From the NCBI GenBank assembly GCA_965235815.1, contig CBDDZE010000004.1, forward strand, positions 55,750-119,749: a stretch of 64,000 bases of DNA, in the 5' to 3' direction. The translations under genes and the position numbers were made by a program. A model generated the notes under the pieces. The model saw only the letters and a program-made list of their open reading frames with translations, searched no databases and was not told the origin of the DNA. This stretch comes from Candidatus Pelagibacterales bacterium. GTDB taxonomy: Bacteria > Pseudomonadota > Alphaproteobacteria > Pelagibacterales > Pelagibacteraceae. Positions 58,259 through 64,000 of the stretch are shown piece by piece (position 1 is the stretch's first letter; the number at the start of each line of letters is the position of its first letter).

Positions 58259-59549
58259 ATGACCCAAGATTTTAAAGTAAAAGATTTAAAACTAGCAGAA
58301 TTTGGTAATAAAGAAATTTCTCTAGCAGAAACTGAAATGCCAGGTTTAATGGCAATCAGAAGTGAATATCAATCTAGCAAACCCTTAAAAGGAGCAAGAA
58401 TAATTGGTTGTCTTGCACATGACAATTCAAACTGCAGTTTTGATAGAAACATTAGTAGTTCTGGGAGCGGAGGTTAGATGGTCATCTTGCAATATATTTT
58501 CAACACAAGATCATGCCGCAGCAGCAATTGCTGCAAAAGGAATACCGGTATTTGCTTGGAAGGGCGAGACAGAAGAAGAATACTGGTGGTGCATTGAACA
58601 AACTATTAATGGAAAGAAAGATTGGAAACCAAATCTTTTGTTAGACGATGGTGGTGATCTAACAATGTTATTGCACGATAAATACAAAGATTTATTAAAA
58701 AATGTTAAGGGAGTTTCTGAAGAGACTACTACTGGAGTTAAAGCTTTAAATAAATTAGAGAAAGATAATAAATTATTAATTCCAGCAATTAACGTAAATG
58801 ATTCAGTAACAAAATCTAAATTTGATAATTTATATGGTTGCAGAGAAAGTTTAGTAGATTCAATTAGAAGAGCAACGGATGTCATGATGTCAGGAAAAGT
58901 TGCTATAGTTGCCGGATTTGGAGACGTTGGAAAAGGTAGTGCCGCATCACTTAGACAAAGTGGCGCAAGAGTTTTGATTACCGAAACTGATCCAATTTGT
59001 GCATTGCAAGCGGCAATGGAAGGATATCAAGTTGTATTAATGGATGAGGCAATATCATCAGCCGACATTGTTGTTACCGCTACAGGAAATAAAGACATTG
59101 TTAACATCGAGCATATGAGGAAAATGAAAGATAGATCAATTCTTTGTAACATTGGACACTTTGATAATGAAATTGAGGTTAGTGCATTAAAAAATTACAA
59201 ATGGAATGAAATAAAACCACAAGTTCATGAAATTGAATTTCCAGATAAAAAAAGAATTATTTTATTAGCAGAAGGCAGACTAGTGAATCTTGGTTGTGCA
59301 ACAGGACATCCTAGTTTTGTTATGAGCGCTTCTTTTACAAATCAAGTCATTGCGCAAATAGAATTATGGAACAGTAATGGAAAATATCAGAACAAAGTTT
59401 ATGTTTTACCAAAACATTTAGATGAAAAAGTTGCGATGTTACATCTTGCAAAAGTGGGTGCAAAGCTTACTAAATTAAGCAAAGAACAAGCTGATTATAT
59501 TAGCGTTCCTGAAAAAGGACCTTTTAAACCAGATACATATCGTTATTAA
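58259..59549 (+). CDS. ahcY: S-adenosylhomocysteine hydrolase, frameshift near 58412
   Basis: [43 protein letters not shown]. Confidence 0.98.
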
Positions 59550-59559
59550 TTTCAACTAA

Positions 59560-60015
59560 ATGGAATTAAAATCTTTAGATTCCACAAAAAAATTTGCTGA
59601 AGCTGTCGCAATTAATTTAAAACTAAACGACTTTATATTACTTAGTGGCAATCTAGGTACTGGCAAGACAACATTTACTAGATTTTTAATACATTATTTA
59701 CAGCAAAAAAATCAACGTCCTTTAGAAGAAATAGTAAGCCCTACCTTTAATATAGTTCAATATTATGATCTAGGAAAAAATTTGAAAGTTGCCCATTATG
59801 ATTTTTATAGATTAAAAAAAGAAAAAGAAATTTTAAATATAGGATTATTTGATACAGCAAAAGATTTTATAAATATTATTGAATGGCCAGAAATTGCTAT
59901 GAATTTATTCAATGATTTTTTACAAATTAAATTTACTTATGATCCCAATAAAGATCTTAGATTTCTAGAGTTTAATGGAAAAGGAAAGTGGTTAGGCTTT
60001 AGTATTAATGATTAA
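59560..60015 (+). CDS. tsaE: tRNA t6A biosynthesis ATPase TsaE
   Basis: GNLGTGKT, SPTF, HYDFYRL, IEWPE. Confidence 0.95.
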   Translation: MELKSLDSTKKFAEAVAINLKLNDFILLSGNLGTGKTTFTRFLIHYLQQKNQRPLEEIVSPTFNIVQYYDLGKNLKVAHYDFYRLKKEKEILNIGLFDTAKDFINIIEWPEIAMNLFNDFLQIKFTYDPNKDLRFLEFNGKGKWLGFSIND

Positions 60016-61013
60016 AAAAAATAGATTAAAAATAATAAAAATTTTTCTTAAAAAAAATTATATAGAAAATTATAAAATAAAAGAAATAAAAGGAGATGCT
60101 TCTTTTAGAAAATATTTTAGAATTTACTATAAAAATAAATCTTATATGCTTGCTTCCGCAGAGCAGGATAAGAAGTCTAATATTTTAAATTATGTTTTAA
60201 TTAATAAATTTTTAAGCAAACAAGCGATTAATGCCCCAAAAGCAATAGATTATGATTATAAAAATGGTTTGGTTTTATTGCAGGATTTTGGAGACAAAAC
60301 TTATCTTCAGTTAATTAAAAAATCCAAAAAAAAATATAGTATTTATCAATCATTAATTAAATATTTAATTAAATTACAAAGAATAAATTTTAAGACAAAT
60401 AATATTTCGATTTAAAAAATATAATTTTAGAATATTAAAAAAAGAAATAGATTTATTTTTTATTTGGTATTTACCACATATACTTAATATAAAAAATAAT
60501 CCTAAAATTAAAAAATTAAGAAAATTGTTACTATTAATTTTAAAGAATAATCTTATTAAGAATAATTATTTTGTTCATAGAGACTTTCACGTCTCAAATA
60601 TGATGGAATATAAAGAAGGATCAAAAAATAATATTGGTATTATTGACTCCCAAGATGCCTTGATTGGTTCAAGAGCTTACGACATACTTTCCCTGATAGA
60701 TGACGTTAGGATCAAAACTAGTCCTGAGTTGAAGCAAAAGTTATTCAATTATTATTTATTATTAGTTAAGAAAGAAAAAAATTTTAATATTGAACAATTT
60801 AAGAAAGAATTTTCTATTCTTTCAGTGCAAAGAGCTATGAAAATTATTGGAATATTTTCAAGGCTTTTTAAGAGAGACAATAAAAATAGATATTTAAAAT
60901 TAATTCCTTACACTTGGACAATACTTAATAAAAGGTTAGAAGATCCAATATTTAAAGAGGTAAGAATTATCATTAATCAGCAAATTAAATTAAGATCTAA
61001 GAATGTTAATTGA
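60008..61013 (+). CDS. Aminoglycoside-phosphotransferase-family kinase (AmgK-like), frameshift near 60400
   Basis: GDASFRKYFR, QDFGD, HRDFHVSNMM, IDSQDA, GIFSRL; follows tsaE. Confidence 0.85.
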
Positions 61014-62571
61014 TAAAAAGTTTTTTGAAGATTCAGAATCTTGGCCTTTTGCCGAATCCAGAGAAATATTAAAAAAAAGATTAAAAATAATAGAGAAAAA
61101 AGGTTACGTTTTATTTCAAACTGGTTATGGACCAAGTGGACTCCCTCATATTGGAACTTTTGGAGAGGTTTGTAGAACCACTATGGTTATGAATGCTTTC
61201 CAAAGATTATCGAATATACCCGTTAAATTATATACGTTTTCAGATGATATGGATGGACTTAGAAAAGTTCCAGATAACATTCCAAATAAATCAATCTTAG
61301 AAGATAATTTAAATAAGCCATTAACAGCAATTCCTGATCCGTTTAAAAAATTTAAGAGTTTCGGAGAGCATAATAACAATATGTTAAAAAAATTTTTAGA
61401 TGAATTTAATTTTAAATATGAATTTAAAAGTTCAACTGAACTTTATACTAAAGGTGAATTTGATGATGCTCTTACTGCGGTGTTAAAAAATTATGATAAA
61501 ATTATGGAGATTGTTTTGCCAACACTGGGTCCAGAAAGAAGAAAAACTTATAGTCCATTTTTACCCATCTGTCCTGAGACAGGAAAAGTATTAGAAGTTG
61601 CAGTAGTTGAAAAGAATCTAGATAACAAAACTATTGTTTATCAAAATGGAAATAAAAAAGTTGAAACAAAAATTACAGGAGGAGCATGTAAACTACAGTG
61701 GAAAGTAGACTGGGCTATGCGCTGGTTTGCTCTTGGAGTTGATTTTGAAATGTATGGAAAAGATTTAACCCCAAGCGCAGAACTGTCCAGTAAAATTTGT
61801 AAAATTTTAGGAGGTGTACCACCAACTGGATTTGCTTATGAGTTATTTTTAGACGAGAACGGAGAAAAGATTTCTAAATCAAAAGGCAATGGAATTACAA
61901 TTGAACAATGGCTTAAGTATGCATCTCCTGAAAGTTTGTCTCTGTATATGTATCAAAATCCAACAAGAGCTAAAAAATTATATTTCCAAGTTATTCCAAA
62001 AGCAGTTGATGAATATCTTTCTTTCCTAGAAAAATTTGACAAGCAAGAAGTAAAAGAAAAATTAGGAAATCCGATTTGGCATGTTCACAGTGGCAATCCA
62101 CCAAAAGAAGAAATAATTATCTCTTTTAATATTTTGCTTAATTTAGTGAGCGTTAGCAATACAGATAAAGAAGAAGTTATTTGGAAATTTATTAAGAATT
62201 TCAGTCCAAATTTAGTTAAAGAAAATCATCCTATTCTTGCAAAACTTATCTTAAATGCCATTAATTATTTTAATGACGTTGTGAAAGTTAACAAAAAATT
62301 TAGAAAACCAGACCCAACTGAGAAAAAAGCATTGCAAGATCTTGCTGAGCAAATTTCTAAAATGAGTCCATCCTTACAGCCAGAAGAAATGCAAACTATA
62401 GTTTATTCAGTTGGCAAAATTCATTATTCAAAAGAGAGATTAAGAGAGTGGTTTAAAATGATTTATGAAGTACTTTTTGGAGACGAACAAGGACCTAGAA
62501 TGGGATCTTTTATAAGTTTTTATGGTATTAAAGAAACAGTGAATTTAATTAATAAGTCTATTAATGATTAG
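61003..62571 (+). CDS. lysS: Class I lysyl-tRNA synthetase
   Basis: GYGPSGLPHIGT, KISKSKGN, GPRMGSF. Confidence 0.96.
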   Translation: MLIDKKFFEDSESWPFAESREILKKRLKIIEKKGYVLFQTGYGPSGLPHIGTFGEVCRTTMVMNAFQRLSNIPVKLYTFSDDMDGLRKVPDNIPNKSILEDNLNKPLTAIPDPFKKFKSFGEHNNNMLKKFLDEFNFKYEFKSSTELYTKGEFDDALTAVLKNYDKIMEIVLPTLGPERRKTYSPFLPICPETGKVLEVAVVEKNLDNKTIVYQNGNKKVETKITGGACKLQWKVDWAMRWFALGVDFEMYGKDLTPSAELSSKICKILGGVPPTGFAYELFLDENGEKISKSKGNGITIEQWLKYASPESLSLYMYQNPTRAKKLYFQVIPKAVDEYLSFLEKFDKQEVKEKLGNPIWHVHSGNPPKEEIIISFNILLNLVSVSNTDKEEVIWKFIKNFSPNLVKENHPILAKLILNAINYFNDVVKVNKKFRKPDPTEKKALQDLAEQISKMSPSLQPEEMQTIVYSVGKIHYSKERLREWFKMIYEVLFGDEQGPRMGSFISFYGIKETVNLINKSIND

Positions 62572-62579
62572 TCATAAAA

Positions 62580-63645
62580 ATGAATTATCAGATTATTAAT
62601 TCTTTTATTAATAAGCTTGATCGCGAACTTGACGCATTCTTTAGCCATTCAGTTTTTAAAGAATCTTTATATTCCACTCTTCCCATCAAAAGATGATGAG
62701 ATTTTAAAGACTACTGTTTTGGGAAAAAAATTTTCAAATCCTATAGGTTTAGCAGCAGGATTTGATAAAAATGCAGAAGTATATGATAAAATGCTCGCGC
62801 TTGGATTTGGTTTTGCAGAAGTTGGAACCATTACTCCTAAAGCGCAAGAAGGAAATTTAAAGCCAAGAGTTTTTAGATTAAATGAAGATGAGGCAATTAT
62901 TAATCGTTTAGGATTTCCGAATGAGGGTTTGCATAAAATAAAAAGTAGAATTGAGTCAAAAAAAGTTGAAGGAATTTTAGGAATTAATATAGGGCCTAAT
63001 AAAGATAGTGTCTCGCGTATTGACGATTATGTGGAATGTTTTAAAAATTTTCATAATTTATGTAGTTATATATGTATAAATATTTCATCACCTAATACTG
63101 AAAATTTAAGAAATTTTCATGAACAAGAAAATTTAAAAAAATTATTAAGTGAAATTTTAAATACAAAAAAATATTTAAGCAGCAATACACCGGTTATTTT
63201 AAAGATATCACCCGACATCAATGACGGTGATATTGATATGATTTGTAAAAATATTTTAGAATTTAATTTAGATGGATTAGTTTTAACTAATACATCAGTA
63301 AAACTAAGAGAAAATTTAGTAAATAAACAAAAAAACGAAATGGGCGGAGTATCAGGCACTCCAATAAAAGATACTTCTAATTTAATTATTAAAAAATTTT
63401 TTAAAACTCTTAAAGCAAAAGTACCAATAATTGGCGTAGGCGGAATCAATTCAGGAGTTACGGCTTATGAAAAAATACGAGCAGGGGCCTCTTTATTGCA
63501 GCTTTATACAGGTTTAGTTTACAAAGGTCCCTTTATTGTAAAAACTATCAAAAATGAATTAGCTAAGCTTTTAAGAAAAGATGGATTTTCATCTTTACAA
63601 GAAGCGGTAGGAGTTGATAGCGAACAAGTTAATCACCAAAGTTAA
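62580..63645 (+). CDS. pyrD: Quinone-dependent dihydroorotate dehydrogenase (class 2), frameshift near 62630
   Basis: GLAAGFDKN, INRLGF, NISSPNT, KISPD, IIGVGG; ATG at 62580. Confidence 0.96.
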
Positions 63646-64000
63646 TATAACTAAAAAAGTTAATCTTTTTCTAAGACTCAAATACCAAAGATTATTAGGT
63701 TCAAAAAATATTTTTTTATCAATTAAATTAATTACAAAAAATAAGATAATATGGATTGCAATTTTTATATCTTGGTTTGAAAAAAAATCTAAAATAAAAG
63801 AAAAAACTGGAATACAAACACTTAAGGTTAATAATAAATTTCTGTTATTATAAATATTACTATTTAGAATTTTGCTCCATTGACTACCACAAAGAAAAGC
63901 TAGAATTATATTTGAATAGAATAAATATACATCGACAACATAGTTATTAAAATTTGAAATAAAAAAAATAATTGTAAATGTAAAAAAAGGAATGAGGCCA
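63595..64000 (-). CDS. Membrane protein, DUF3429-like, partial at window edge
   Basis: Hand translation GLIPFF...YSNIILAFLCGSQW...WYLSLRKRLT...RFL*; not in the ORF track. Confidence 0.7.
   Translation of the reverse strand, partial: GLIPFFTFTIIFFISNFNNYVVDVYLFYSNIILAFLCGSQWSKILNSNIYNNRNLLLTLSVCIPVFSFILDFFSNQDIKIAIHIILFFVINLIDKKIFFEPNNLWYLSLRKRLTFLVILTLVINLFAINSYRFL

Overview
AT-rich (roughly 29% GC by eye), gene-dense core chromosome of a streamlined alphaproteobacterium. Gene content and order fit Pelagibacterales (SAR11); the subclade cannot be assigned from the sequence alone. About 57 CDSs: dnaK/dnaJ/grpE, rph, maeB, murJ-trpS, miaB-phoH-ybeY-lnt-metK-trmB-nusA-infB-rbfA-truB-rpsO-pnp, fabA/B/I, coaBC, ubiB/E, mutM-rpsT-dnaA-dnaN-recF-gyrB, regB/regA, polA, chvI-chvG-ahcY, class I lysS, pyrD. 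I found no rRNA, tRNA, CRISPR array or mobile element. About 30 genes, including essential ones, carry single-base frameshifts, most likely sequencing or assembly indels; ends of broken genes were read by hand and are approximate. Best leads: (1) a coupled four-gene polyamine operon between regB and regA (ODC-fold decarboxylase, deoxyhypusine-synthase-like enzyme, N-carbamoylputrescine amidohydrolase, agmatine deiminase), suggesting an arginine-to-homospermidine route that releases no urea; (2) a GC-rich hairpin burying the regA start codon, with regA itself unusually GC-rich; (3) a promoter-terminator attenuator in front of nusA; (4) sigma32-like promoters and no local hrcA; (5) extra loops in GyrB; (6) very tight gene packing.
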